Source of the DNA: a virus
Lineage: Duplodnaviria; Caudoviricetes
Virus record (IMG/VR): IMGVR_UViG_3300049228_000060
Span: 1-38,206 of that record
Length of the DNA stretch: 38,206 nt
Strand: one strand, 5' to 3'
How positions within the stretch are numbered: the stretch's first letter is position 1; each line of letters starts with the position of its first letter. The position numbers were made by a program, and so were the translations under genes. Of the stretch, positions 13,847-23,765 are shown in pieces. Under the pieces are notes generated by a model. That model was not told the origin of the DNA and searched no databases. It saw only the letters and a list, made by a program, of their open reading frames with translations.

Positions 13847-15248
13847 ATATTTGCAGCTTCTAGAGGCCAAAGAGCGAGCTGCTAAGGATCGCATAGCCCT
13901 ATCGGATTACGATTCCCTGTATGAATGGCAACGCCGGTTTAACCTAGCCACAGCTAATTATCATGTTTGTATGCTGATGGCAGCTAACCAAGTGGGCAAG
14001 TCACGCACTGGCTGCCTGATCGATTCCTTTCATCTCACAGGAGATTACCCTGATGCATGGGAGGGGCATCGCTTCGAGCACCCCACTACTTGCTGGCTAC
14101 TCGGGTACTCAGGGGAAAAGACTAGAGACCTCCTGCAAAATAAGCTCTTTGGACGAATGCAGGGACAATCGTTCGAGGGCGGTTATATTAAAGCTGCAGA
14201 TATTGTGGACTACAAGGCAATGCAAGGCACGAGCGGTGCGGTGCGAGAGGTTAGGGTAAAGCATAAATCTGGCGGGATATCTATTTGTCAATTCTGGTCC
14301 TACTCGCAGGGACAGCATGCCTTGATGGGAGATGTAGTTGACTGGTTCCATATTGACGAAGAGCCAAAAGATAAGAATATTTATCCACAGGTGCTAACCC
14401 GAACAATCAATGGCGACAAAGGAAAAGGCGGTCGAGGTATCCTGACCTTCACCCCGGAGAATGGACGCACTGAATTGGTTGTCCAGTTTATGGATAAGCC
14501 AGGGTCCAGTGATTACCTTCAGCGCGCTACATGGGATGATGCCCCGCACTTATCCGAAGAAACTAAAGAGCGCCTGTTGTCCTCCTATCCCATATGGCAA
14601 AGGGATATGCGCTCGAAAGGCGAACCGTTGCTGGGGGCGGGATTAATCTTTGACATTGATGATAACAAGATCAAATGTGCCTCATTCGAATGCCCTGAGC
14701 ACTGGTATCGAATCAACGGCATGGACTTTGGCTGGGATCATCCTCAAGCCCATATACAACTTTGGATCGATAGAGATACCGATACGGTTTATCTTGCCCA
14801 CGCTTGGAAAGAATCGAGGAAGAAGCCCTACGAAGCGTGGCAACAAGTAAGATCCTGGGCCAAGGACGTTCCCACAGCATGGCCGCATGATGGGTTACAG
14901 CACGAGAAGACGTCAGGTGAGGATCAGCGCCAAGGCTACGCCAGTGAAGGATGGAAGATGCTGCCCGAACATGCCACATGGCCAACGGGCGGGAACAGCG
15001 TTGAATTAGGGCTGGTTGAACTCTATCGAGCTATGGATGATGGCAAGCTCAAAGTGTTTAGCCACCTATCCGGCTTCTTTGCCGAGAAGATGAATTACCA
15101 CCGCGATGAGAAAGGCAATATTGTCAAGGTGCAAGATGATATAATCTCGGCACTTAGGTATGCATGGATGATGCGCCGCTTTGCCCAACAGAAGAAACGC
15201 ACTGTGAAGCCACAAGTTATCAATATGCCAACGGGGTGGATGTCATGA
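13803..15248 (+). CDS. terL: Terminase large subunit (P22 gp2-like)
   Basis: Walker A MAANQVGKS, Walker B WFHIDEEP, TFTPENG coupling motif, nuclease GMDFGWDHP...DDIISALRYA. Confidence 0.95.
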   Translation: MTAASSSLSRDEKLEYLQLLEAKERAAKDRIALSDYDSLYEWQRRFNLATANYHVCMLMAANQVGKSRTGCLIDSFHLTGDYPDAWEGHRFEHPTTCWLLGYSGEKTRDLLQNKLFGRMQGQSFEGGYIKAADIVDYKAMQGTSGAVREVRVKHKSGGISICQFWSYSQGQHALMGDVVDWFHIDEEPKDKNIYPQVLTRTINGDKGKGGRGILTFTPENGRTELVVQFMDKPGSSDYLQRATWDDAPHLSEETKERLLSSYPIWQRDMRSKGEPLLGAGLIFDIDDNKIKCASFECPEHWYRINGMDFGWDHPQAHIQLWIDRDTDTVYLAHAWKESRKKPYEAWQQVRSWAKDVPTAWPHDGLQHEKTSGEDQRQGYASEGWKMLPEHATWPTGGNSVELGLVELYRAMDDGKLKVFSHLSGFFAEKMNYHRDEKGNIVKVQDDIISALRYAWMMRRFAQQKKRTVKPQVINMPTGWMS

Positions 15249-15445
15249 ATGACCGCGAAGCCACAGAGCTCAACCTGCTCAAAGAATTCTACTCATGCTG
15301 GAAATGGCTACACCAACAATCGGCCAGTCGAACGCAGAAAGAAAAGGCTGCTCAAGCTTTGGCAGATGCTGCAGAGGCCATTGAGGCCAATCGGCATGTG
15401 GTGGGCAGAACTCCGTTATTCTTGGCGATTCAGCGTGAGCAATAA
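15245..15445 (+). CDS. Hypothetical protein between terL and portal
   Basis: MNDREATELNLLKEFYSCWKW...; ATGA-coupled start at 15245. Confidence 0.6.
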   Translation: MNDREATELNLLKEFYSCWKWLHQQSASRTQKEKAAQALADAAEAIEANRHVVGRTPLFLAIQREQ

Positions 15446-15447
15446 TA

Positions 15448-17649
15448 ATGTCTGATCCCCGCATTGAAGCTGCTATCAAGTTTCACCACCTGTGTACTGA
15501 GGCAGAGAGCGAGAACCGCGCCCAGGGGCTTGAGGCCCTCCAATTCCGCTGGGGTGATCAATGGCCCGTACAGATCCAGAACAGCCGTACGCTTGAAGCA
15601 AGACCCTTCCTGACGATTAATAAGGTTGATACATTCTGTCGGCAGATTGAGAACCAGCAGCGCCAACAGCGACCTCGCATTAAGGTTGATCCGGTCAATG
15701 GTGAGGCTGATAAGAAAATAGCCGATGTCATCAAGGGGATGATTCGGCATATCGAAGTAAGTCGGGGTGGGGCAGATTTAGCCTATGACACGGGATTCTC
15801 CAGCGCAGTAACGTGTGGATTCGGGTATTGGCGTGTTCTGACAGATTATGTCAGTGATAGCAGCTTCGACCAGGAGATTTATTTAGCGCCGATTGATAAC
15901 CCGTTCACTGTGTATTTTGACCCTAATTCGACCATGCCGGATGGGTCAGATTCTAAGGCCTGCCTTATTTCCACATTGATGCGCAAGAAGGATTTTGAGG
16001 CTCAATACCCTAAAGCCGACACCCAGGGATTTACTGAAAAAAGCCTTGGAGACCATACGGCAGAATGGATTACGAAAGAAGATATCCGAGTCGCCGAGTA
16101 TTTCTACATTACCAACAAGCCAGAAAAACTGCATAAGCTCTCCAATGGTATGAGTGTGTGGGATAGCGAACTGCCAGAAGGTGCGTTAGAGGAGCATCAA
16201 TTACAGATCGTCGATACCCGCAAATCTAATCGACCCACTGTAAAATGGTGCAAGATCACCTGCAACAATGTATTGGAGGAAAGAGATATTCCCGGTAGAT
16301 ACATTCCTGTCGTCCCGATGTATGGGAATGTCACTGTTATCGACGGTAAGCGCAAACGCTCAGGCGTGGTTAAGAATGCGATGGACCCGCAGCGCATGGT
16401 CAACTTCCATGAAACAACGGCGACTGAAAGCGTAGCTCTTGCCCCCAAAGCTAAATGGGTAATGGCTGAGGGTCAGGATGAAGGCCATGAAAACGAATGG
16501 GCACAAGCCAACGTCAGTGCTAGACCCATCCTGCATTATAAGCAGACGGATGTGGATGGTCGCGAAGCTCCGGCCCCACAGAGACAACAGCCTGAACTGC
16601 CCCCGAGTGGCACATTAGAGCTATTACAGCAATCTAGCCAGAATCTCAGAGAGGTCATCGGTGTTATCGATCCTGCTCAACGATTGGCGGGGAATGTTTC
16701 AGGCAAAGCTTTGCAGGGTGAACAGAAACAAAGTGACAACTCAAACTTCCATTTCTATGACAATTTGACTCGATCGATACGCCATACAGGAAAGATTATT
16801 CTTGAATGGATTCCCCATTACTACGATCAAGAACGAGTAGTACGCATTATCGGTGATGATGGTAGAGCAGAAACAGCGACGATCAATCAACAAGCGCCTG
16901 ACCCAGCTATCAATGCAGTCCTCAACGATGTAACGGTCGGCGAATACGACATTGTGATGGATATAGGCCCTGGCTATAACTCCAAGCGTCAGGAGGCAGT
17001 CGATATGATGATGCCGCTCATTTCCCAGCATGAAGACTTGTTTAAAGCGATTGGTGATCTTGTCTTTAGGAATATGGACTTCCCCGGCGCAGAAATGATT
17101 GCTGACCGCCTTGCTGCCGCTAATCCTTTGGCGCAGATTGACGAGAAATCAGACATACCGCCTCAGATTCAAATGAAGCTGAAGCAGCAAGACCAACAGA
17201 TTCAACAACTGAATCAACAGTTACAAGCCGCGGGGATGGAGATTAAAACCCGTCAAAGCATTAAACAGATGGAAGAGGATGGCGAGACCAAGCGCGAAAT
17301 GTTGCGGCAGACGACGAAAGCCCACGATATTGAATCGCGCAACCAAACCTTGATCAAGGTTGAACAGATGGAGAATGAGGCATGGATGCATGATGTTCAG
17401 ATGAAGGTGTCTTCGGCACAAAATGTGGCCGAAATTAAGGCCACAGTTGAACTGTTATTGCATCATTTGAGTGCCAAGCAAGAGAATTTAATGGGATTAA
17501 ATAGCGATAAAAAAGATGATCATGATTTATCTGCGGTAATTGGTCGGCATCCGATACATGGTAATATTACGGAAGCAGATATACTGAAAACCGCACACCA
17601 TAATAATATGACGCCTCAAAAAGTAATGGAGCGATTGCAAAATGGCTGA
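15448..17649 (+). CDS. Portal protein (P22 gp1 family)
   Basis: 733 aa; GDQWP, RP.LTINK, GFGYWRV, YIPVVPMYG, MDPQRMVN, NVSGKAL, FYDNL, GEYDI..D.GP.Y..KRQE, Q-rich barrel. Confidence 0.95.
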   Translation: MSDPRIEAAIKFHHLCTEAESENRAQGLEALQFRWGDQWPVQIQNSRTLEARPFLTINKVDTFCRQIENQQRQQRPRIKVDPVNGEADKKIADVIKGMIRHIEVSRGGADLAYDTGFSSAVTCGFGYWRVLTDYVSDSSFDQEIYLAPIDNPFTVYFDPNSTMPDGSDSKACLISTLMRKKDFEAQYPKADTQGFTEKSLGDHTAEWITKEDIRVAEYFYITNKPEKLHKLSNGMSVWDSELPEGALEEHQLQIVDTRKSNRPTVKWCKITCNNVLEERDIPGRYIPVVPMYGNVTVIDGKRKRSGVVKNAMDPQRMVNFHETTATESVALAPKAKWVMAEGQDEGHENEWAQANVSARPILHYKQTDVDGREAPAPQRQQPELPPSGTLELLQQSSQNLREVIGVIDPAQRLAGNVSGKALQGEQKQSDNSNFHFYDNLTRSIRHTGKIILEWIPHYYDQERVVRIIGDDGRAETATINQQAPDPAINAVLNDVTVGEYDIVMDIGPGYNSKRQEAVDMMMPLISQHEDLFKAIGDLVFRNMDFPGAEMIADRLAAANPLAQIDEKSDIPPQIQMKLKQQDQQIQQLNQQLQAAGMEIKTRQSIKQMEEDGETKREMLRQTTKAHDIESRNQTLIKVEQMENEAWMHDVQMKVSSAQNVAEIKATVELLLHHLSAKQENLMGLNSDKKDDHDLSAVIGRHPIHGNITEADILKTAHHNNMTPQKVMERLQNG

Positions 17650-18868
17650 AGGGCGTATTCTATTTGATATAGCCAAAGGCATAAGAACTGCTCTTGGGCA
17701 TGATATTGAAAATCAGGCTACTACGGGCTATCAGCAATATCTCAAAGATATAAAGCAAAGTAACGCTGATTTTGAATCAGCAGAACCAAATAGCTTTGCT
17801 GCTATCTTCGGCGGAAAACAAGAAGTGAAGTCCCAGAATGATTGGCGTCAAGATCATTTCAATCCATCGATTAAATTCGATAACCAATCAAAATTTTTAT
17901 CTCCTGAGATAGTTTCGCAATTGGCAGATATATACCAACATACTAATAATCCAGCGGGACATATTTATAATTCGCTACCGCCATTTTTGCGTAATACAGA
18001 TAAGGCGCAAGAGGATTTTGGAACTGTCTCACTACAAAATGATATCCACCATATTTTTGAGCAAGGATATAAAGAAAAAATTGCTAACCAATTAGGGTTG
18101 CCAGACTATTTCTTTTCTATTGGAAGATCGCCTGAATTAAAGGAGATATCGGTGCATAATTTTGACGATAACTCATTGACGCCTCTTGCCTCCAATTATT
18201 CCAGGCGGCCAGGCGATGCAATTCTTATCCCAAAATCACACATTGCTCAGGCATTTGTAGATGACCCGACTACTTTTTTAAAGGGTGTTAGGGAGCATAC
18301 AAAATTTATTGATGATTCTAATGAAGCTTCTTTTGGTGCGTTAATGGATTATGCGAATGAGGCCAAAGCCGCAAAGCAGGCTTCTGATATTGCTGCGGAG
18401 GCTGCTACCCCGGCGGCGCGCCGCGCATCCTTTAAAGTTATTGGCCGCAATCTATTTAAAGACAACAATACCGTAAAGGCATTGATTCCAGCGGCTACTG
18501 GGCTAGGCATTCTAGGCACCGGCTTATCATCGCAAGATGCGCTAGCATTGCCGACAAATGATGAACAGGGCAATTATATAGGTTCAGATGTTGGCTCAAT
18601 AATGCCGGTAGAACACCCTTATCTTAATGCGGCGGCTGATTTAATCGATAAATATGCGCAAATACCTATTCCCTTGATGGAGCGTCCCCTATCAGGCGTC
18701 TCGAATGAATTGCGCAATTTTGGCCGTGAGCGGCCAGCCGGACAACGGCTAGAGGATGCAATGGGTGCGGTCACTGATTTTGCTGGTATTCCAGAAAACA
18801 TTGCAGCTGGTATTTATTCTGCTGGTCGAAATTTATTCGCGTTCCCCGATCCGCAAACAGGCCAATGA
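17642..18868 (+). CDS. Hypothetical 408-aa protein inserted between portal and scaffold
   Basis: Long ORF overlapping the portal end; appears more AT-rich than its flanks; no motif recognised. Confidence 0.75.
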   Translation: MAEGRILFDIAKGIRTALGHDIENQATTGYQQYLKDIKQSNADFESAEPNSFAAIFGGKQEVKSQNDWRQDHFNPSIKFDNQSKFLSPEIVSQLADIYQHTNNPAGHIYNSLPPFLRNTDKAQEDFGTVSLQNDIHHIFEQGYKEKIANQLGLPDYFFSIGRSPELKEISVHNFDDNSLTPLASNYSRRPGDAILIPKSHIAQAFVDDPTTFLKGVREHTKFIDDSNEASFGALMDYANEAKAAKQASDIAAEAATPAARRASFKVIGRNLFKDNNTVKALIPAATGLGILGTGLSSQDALALPTNDEQGNYIGSDVGSIMPVEHPYLNAAADLIDKYAQIPIPLMERPLSGVSNELRNFGRERPAGQRLEDAMGAVTDFAGIPENIAAGIYSAGRNLFAFPDPQTGQ

Positions 18869-18895
18869 AGAAATGCGAGAAATCGCCTAAACCTA

Positions 18896-18911
18896 CCAGT
18901 GGGGCCACTGG
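18896..18911 (+). promoter_or_regulatory. Hairpin in scaffold-gene leader
   Basis: CCAGTGG-GG-CCACTGG just upstream of the scaffold RBS; P22 scaffold is known to be translationally autoregulated. Confidence 0.4.
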
Positions 18912-18932
18912 GTAAATCCTTGGAGTTAGTCC

Positions 18933-19823
18933 ATGTCAGATGAAATCAAACCAAGCACGACCGTTACCACCAGTGAGAACGCAGCAGAGTTTTATGCCAA
19001 GAAAATGGATTTAGCACCAGTCGTGACGGATGAAGTAGTCGAACCAGTCACCGAGGTGGCCGAAGAAGTAGCCGATCCAGTAGTGGCTGAAGAGGATCAT
19101 GACAAGCCGAAGAACAATAAGCTTGAGAAGCGGTTTAGTGAAATCACACGCCAGAAAAATGAAGCCATTGAGACGGCGCGCGTAGCCAATGAGGCTAAAG
19201 CTACGCTTGAAGCCCGGATCAAGGCATTGGAAGAGGGCACGAAGCCCAAAGAAAACATTATCGATATCCAAAAGCCTACGCCGGATCAGTTCACCGACGC
19301 ATTCGAATACGCCGAGAAGCTGGCTGAGTATTCAGCGAATAAAGCCTTAGCTGATCGTGACAAAGCCGATCAGACGGCCAAAGAACAAGCGCGGGTTGAT
19401 CAGGTTAAAAATGCTTGGGCCGAGCGCCAGAAAATGATTATGGCCGAGCATGAAGACTATGAGGAGGTATTGGCCCAAAGCGATGCGGCCTTCTCCGATC
19501 CGGTGAGGGATGCAATTGTCGAGAGCGAACTAGGCCCGACAATTTTGTATCATTTGGCCCAGCATCCAGAAATAGTTGAAAAAATCAACAGTTCGACTAT
19601 TATTGGTGCATTGCGGATGATCGGTCGCCTTGAAGCTCAGCTGGAAAAGCCGTCGGATGAGAAGAAAGCCGAGAAAGTTGTGACCAAATCCAAAGCCCCT
19701 GCACCGATTACGCCGGTTACCGGAAATAATGCAGGGCTTGAAAACCTGATGAGTGCAGACGGTGAATTCAAGGGTACGAATGCTGAATATAGGGCCTTGA
19801 GAAAGGCTGGGAAGATTAAATAA
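18933..19823 (+). CDS. Capsid scaffolding protein
   Basis: Acidic N-terminus, LEKRFSEITRQK coiled coil, GPTILYHLAQHPE, SKAPAPI.PV, C-terminal EYRALRK; directly before the coat gene. Confidence 0.9.
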   Translation: MSDEIKPSTTVTTSENAAEFYAKKMDLAPVVTDEVVEPVTEVAEEVADPVVAEEDHDKPKNNKLEKRFSEITRQKNEAIETARVANEAKATLEARIKALEEGTKPKENIIDIQKPTPDQFTDAFEYAEKLAEYSANKALADRDKADQTAKEQARVDQVKNAWAERQKMIMAEHEDYEEVLAQSDAAFSDPVRDAIVESELGPTILYHLAQHPEIVEKINSSTIIGALRMIGRLEAQLEKPSDEKKAEKVVTKSKAPAPITPVTGNNAGLENLMSADGEFKGTNAEYRALRKAGKIK

Positions 19824-19965
19824 TCGGGTGAATTGGCGCGTTACCGATTACGCAAAGTTTGAAAGACAGCGCGGCCCACCTGAGCCGTTAATCAGGGAAT
19901 ATCCATGACAATCTCCATGCTAATGAGATTAAAGAATCCACTTTCTTTAATTTATGGAGCCTGTC

Positions 19966-21231
19966 ATGGCAAATCAGTTACTTACGATATCGAAAATTAC
20001 TAACGAGGCCTTAATGGTCCTCGAAAACGAACTCACCTTTACTTCCCAAGTTAACCGCGATTATGACGACCAATTTGCAGTCGTTGGCGCTAAAATCGGT
20101 AATACCGTCAACGTCCGCCGTCCGGGTCGTTTTATCGGTACGACTGGTCCAGCACTGAACGTCGAAGATTTGAACGAAACCTCCGTTCCGGTTGTTTTGA
20201 CTACCCAATTCCACGTCGATACGCAGTTCACCACCCAGGATCTGGCGCTGTCTCTGGATCTGTTCAGTGATCGCGTACTGAAACCCTGTATCGCCGCAAT
20301 CGCTAATAAGATCGATCGTGACGGTCTGGTGATGGCAAAGAACTCCACCGCTAACATTGTCGGTGTTGCCGGTACGCCTCCAACGGGTTTGTTTACCTAC
20401 CTGACCGCTGGTGCGTTCCTGGATGCTGAAGGCGCACCACGAGATGGTAAGCGTGCCGTCGTGATCGAACCGTTTACCTCTGCTGCTATCGTTGATTCGC
20501 TAAAAGGCCTGTTTGTCCCCGGCCCCACCCTGACCGAACAGTATCAAAAAGGTCTCATGGGTCGCGATTCCGGCGGCATGAATTGGAAGATGGATCAGAA
20601 CATCGTCAACCAGACCTTTGGCTCCTGGGCAACGACTGTTGGTACATTGACCGCAAACACCACTGGCGTGTTTACAGGCTCGATTGCCACAGGTTGGGCA
20701 GCTACATCGACCATCGTTCTGACCAACTCGCAAACCCTGACTCTGCAGCAAGGCGATGTCTTTACCATTGCTAACGTATTTGCAGTTAACCCGCAAAACC
20801 GCCAAGCCTACGGCTCGAACAAGCTGCGCAACTTCGTTGTAACTCAAGCAGTGACTGGCGCGGCAGGTACGATCAGCGTAGTGGTATCTCCGGCTATCAT
20901 CACCGGCGGCCAGTTCCAGAATGTCCAAGTAGGTACAACTTCAGCCACTGCTGCCGTTACCCCGTTCAGTATCGCGGGCACGACCGCGACTGCTGTAGTA
21001 AGCCCACAAAACATTCTGCTGCACCGCAATGCGTTTACCTTCGCTTCTGCCGATCTGGAATTGCCGGAAGGCGTTCACTTCGCCGGTCGTGCCAGCGATA
21101 AGGAATTGGGGCTGAGTATTCGGGTCGTGCGTCAATACACTATTAACAATGATGCAATCCCGACAAGGCTGGACGTATTATACGGCTGGGCTCCATTGTA
21201 CGCTGAGCTTGCTTGCCGTATCGCGGCATAA
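19966..21231 (+). CDS. Major capsid protein (P22 gp5 family)
   Basis: MANQLLT..KITNEAL.VLEN, VNRDYDDQF...GAKIG.TVNVRRP, GDVFTIANVFAVNP, RLDVLYG; ATG 19966 after GGAG. Confidence 0.95.
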   Translation: MANQLLTISKITNEALMVLENELTFTSQVNRDYDDQFAVVGAKIGNTVNVRRPGRFIGTTGPALNVEDLNETSVPVVLTTQFHVDTQFTTQDLALSLDLFSDRVLKPCIAAIANKIDRDGLVMAKNSTANIVGVAGTPPTGLFTYLTAGAFLDAEGAPRDGKRAVVIEPFTSAAIVDSLKGLFVPGPTLTEQYQKGLMGRDSGGMNWKMDQNIVNQTFGSWATTVGTLTANTTGVFTGSIATGWAATSTIVLTNSQTLTLQQGDVFTIANVFAVNPQNRQAYGSNKLRNFVVTQAVTGAAGTISVVVSPAIITGGQFQNVQVGTTSATAAVTPFSIAGTTATAVVSPQNILLHRNAFTFASADLELPEGVHFAGRASDKELGLSIRVVRQYTINNDAIPTRLDVLYGWAPLYAELACRIAA

Positions 21232-21237
21232 TCATTA

Positions 21238-21264
21238 GCCCTCGCAAGGGGGCAACCTTCTTTT
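21238..21264 (+). terminator. Probable intrinsic terminator/attenuator after coat gene
   Basis: GCCCTC-GCAA-GGGGGC hairpin followed by a pyrimidine/T run. Confidence 0.55.
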
Positions 21265-21276
21265 GGAGAATAGATC

Positions 21277-21705
21277 ATGCCTAATCCGGGCCCAGCAACA
21301 CAGGTAACAACAAACTATCAACCGGTCAATAACCAGCAAGCCCTAGTGCTGATTGGCGTTGTAAAAGCACTCAGTATTGGTGCGGCAGGGGATATTGTTA
21401 TTCCTCTGGTGGGTCCAATCACTAACTTTGTGCCAACCGTTGTTCTCACGACCAACTCAGCGGGCGTAGTCAACGTCGCGGCGGGTACAGTTGGCATCTA
21501 TACAGCCCCAGCACAGGGTGGCACAGCGGTTCTGACCACTGCTGCATTGACTGGCCAGACTACTAACGCCTTTGCCTATGTACGGGCCGCTACAGCAGTA
21601 GCCGCTCAGGTCGTGGCACTTAATAATGTGCTGTATGCCAACATCGGCACGCCCGTTGTAGGCGCCACTATCGATCTGTATTTGTACGGTTATAACGTCT
21701 CATAA
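21277..21705 (+). CDS. Virion-associated beta-rich protein (decoration/cement candidate)
   Basis: Ala/Thr/Val-rich, GIYTAPAQGGTAV, DLYLYGY; follows the coat gene. Confidence 0.65.
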   Translation: MPNPGPATQVTTNYQPVNNQQALVLIGVVKALSIGAAGDIVIPLVGPITNFVPTVVLTTNSAGVVNVAAGTVGIYTAPAQGGTAVLTTAALTGQTTNAFAYVRAATAVAAQVVALNNVLYANIGTPVVGATIDLYLYGYNVS

Positions 21706-21710
21706 TTCAT

Positions 21711-21734
21711 AAGGGGGCGTGTCCCCCTCTTTTT
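21711..21734 (+). terminator. Possible intrinsic terminator
   Basis: AGGGG-GCGTGT-CCCCT followed by CTTTTT. Confidence 0.45.
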
Positions 21735-21744
21735 GGAGGCTATC

Positions 21745-22071
21745 ATGCCCGGAACAATGATCAATCGCGGCAATATGCTGTATGACTTTATTATCCAGCC
21801 AACACTAACACCTGTATCAGTAGCGCTTTCAACCTCTGCCGAGCAATCATTCACGGTAAAAGGGTTGTTGCTGAATGATTTCGTTGAGATTAATTCGACG
21901 GTCGCGCAAACGGCGGGAATCGGTATTGTGAACGCGCGTGTTAGCGCAGTTGATACTCTGACCGTTCAGTTCTCGAATTCAACAGCGGGCGCTTTAACTC
22001 CAGTCGCTGGAGGTTATCTTATGAACATCTCCCGCGCTGAATTCTTTCCGTTGCCAACGAGTGCAGTGTAA
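21745..22071 (+). CDS. Small single-domain virion protein (TP.SVA..T.AEQ.FTV.GL domain)
   Basis: ATG 21745 after GGAGG; homologous by eye to the four repeats in 22436..23764. Confidence 0.7.
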   Translation: MPGTMINRGNMLYDFIIQPTLTPVSVALSTSAEQSFTVKGLLLNDFVEINSTVAQTAGIGIVNARVSAVDTLTVQFSNSTAGALTPVAGGYLMNISRAEFFPLPTSAV

Positions 22072-22412
22072 TGGCCGGCACGCAGGTTACACGGCCTGCT
22101 GGCCAGACCATTGCGTTATCAGTTGTCGCCACATCGCATGCGGCTATACCAATTATCGGTAATGACAACACGCAGTTTAATTGGGTGGCCTGCATAAATC
22201 CGGGTGCAGTGGCGGTTGCGATTCAATTGAGTTCTGGCGCTGTTCCTGCCACGCTTCCGGTTGATGGAACACCCGGTAGTTTTTTGCTTCCCCCATTAAT
22301 GCAAGTTCCCATTACTTTGCCATGCCCTAGCTTAAATCCGAATGTGACCGCTATTGGTGCAACGGCAGGGCCAACAATTATTTATGTGACCCCCGTGGTT
22401 TATCAATCCTAA
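22071..22412 (+). CDS. Small beta-rich virion protein
   Basis: TAATG-coupled; C-terminal IYVTP motif common in small podophage structural proteins. Confidence 0.65.
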   Translation: MAGTQVTRPAGQTIALSVVATSHAAIPIIGNDNTQFNWVACINPGAVAVAIQLSSGAVPATLPVDGTPGSFLLPPLMQVPITLPCPSLNPNVTAIGATAGPTIIYVTPVVYQS

Positions 22413-22435
22413 TAAGCACAGCGCTAAGGTGATCT

Positions 22436-23764
22436 ATGAGCAATGCCGGGCCGGCATCATCCGTTTCAACTGATTTGGTCCCGGTAGGAGGCTCAGGATC
22501 AGCGATTGGGTTTTATGGTGCAACCCCAATTACCAAACGCACTACTCCCAATCAGGCGGCAGTTGGCCAATCCCTAGGGACGTACAGCCTATTTGCGATC
22601 AATACTGTATCCGTCACTCCGGGATCAGTCGCCGCCAATACCTGCGCCGCACAAACCCTGACATTTACCGGATCACCGCTAATCGCGGGGGATATATGCC
22701 TTGTCTCCAAGCAAACCGCTCAAGCGGGACTGGGGCTAGTCAATTCCTTTGTGAATGGCGCGGGAACGGTATCTACCACCTACGCCAATTTGACAGTCAG
22801 CCCCATTGTCCCAGCCGCCGAATCCTATTTGGTAGTGTCGTTGCGAACGGGCTTGCCTGGATTTCCGCTGACCCCCACCGCAGTGCCTGCTAACTCAACG
22901 ATGGAGCAGCAATTCGCCGTCCCTGGCTTGGCCGCTGGCGGGGTGGTTACAGTCGCTAAGCCGACTAACCAAGCGGGCTTAGGCATTGCCGGGTTTCGGA
23001 TCGTGGCGGATGGAGTACTGGGGATCACTTATTTAAACGCCACTGCAGCAGCGATTACCCCGACAGCAGAGGCCTACACCTTTTTTGGTGGAGGCGGCTT
23101 TGATAGTGCGACCAATAGCTTTCTAGTCGGCGTCAATGTAGGCACGCTGGGGGCCGCTACTGCAGCAACCACTACCGAGCTTACCGTCTCCAATACTGTC
23201 TTTGGGGTGAATGATGCCGTTATTGGGATCTCCAAGCCGACGTTTCAGGCGGGTTTAGCGGTAGCAAGCGCTAGAGTTTCTGCCGCCAGCACCTTGGCGA
23301 TCACCTTCGTCAACCCAACCGCAGGCGGCGTAACCCCTACGGCCAGTGAAATTTATACCGTTGAACTGTGGCGTCCGCAAGGATCTCCAGTTGCGGTGTT
23401 GTACAGCCAAGCCCTGACACCGGTAGCGGTCGCGGCGAATACGTGTGCAGAGCAAAGCTTTACCGTAACAGGCCTTATCGCTGGCAGCTTTGCCTTTGTC
23501 AACAAACCCAGTTTTCAATCCGGGCTTGGTATCGTCAATGTGCGCGTGTCCGGCATCAATACACTCGCTATCACGTATGCCAATACCACCGGAGCTGCTA
23601 TTACGCCAACGCCGGAAACTTACAGCATCACCAATATTGTCACGATGCCAGCCGCAGGCAGTTATGTGGCGCAATCCGTAACCCCGGGCGGACTGGGGCA
23701 ATTGGCGCTCATGAACGAATTGCGGGCATCGATGGTGGCATTGGGTCTGATCACGGGGGCCTAA
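22436..23764 (+). CDS. Head-fibre/decoration-like protein with four tandem ~80-aa beta domains
   Basis: N-terminal IGFYGATP and C-terminal [15 protein letters not shown] flank four repeats sharing K.T.QAGL.....R....TL.IT..N.T...ITP..E.Y. Confidence 0.7.
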   Translation: MSNAGPASSVSTDLVPVGGSGSAIGFYGATPITKRTTPNQAAVGQSLGTYSLFAINTVSVTPGSVAANTCAAQTLTFTGSPLIAGDICLVSKQTAQAGLGLVNSFVNGAGTVSTTYANLTVSPIVPAAESYLVVSLRTGLPGFPLTPTAVPANSTMEQQFAVPGLAAGGVVTVAKPTNQAGLGIAGFRIVADGVLGITYLNATAAAITPTAEAYTFFGGGGFDSATNSFLVGVNVGTLGAATAATTTELTVSNTVFGVNDAVIGISKPTFQAGLAVASARVSAASTLAITFVNPTAGGVTPTASEIYTVELWRPQGSPVAVLYSQALTPVAVAANTCAEQSFTVTGLIAGSFAFVNKPSFQSGLGIVNVRVSGINTLAITYANTTGAAITPTPETYSITNIVTMPAAGSYVAQSVTPGGLGQLALMNELRASMVALGLITGA

Positions 23765-23765
23765 T

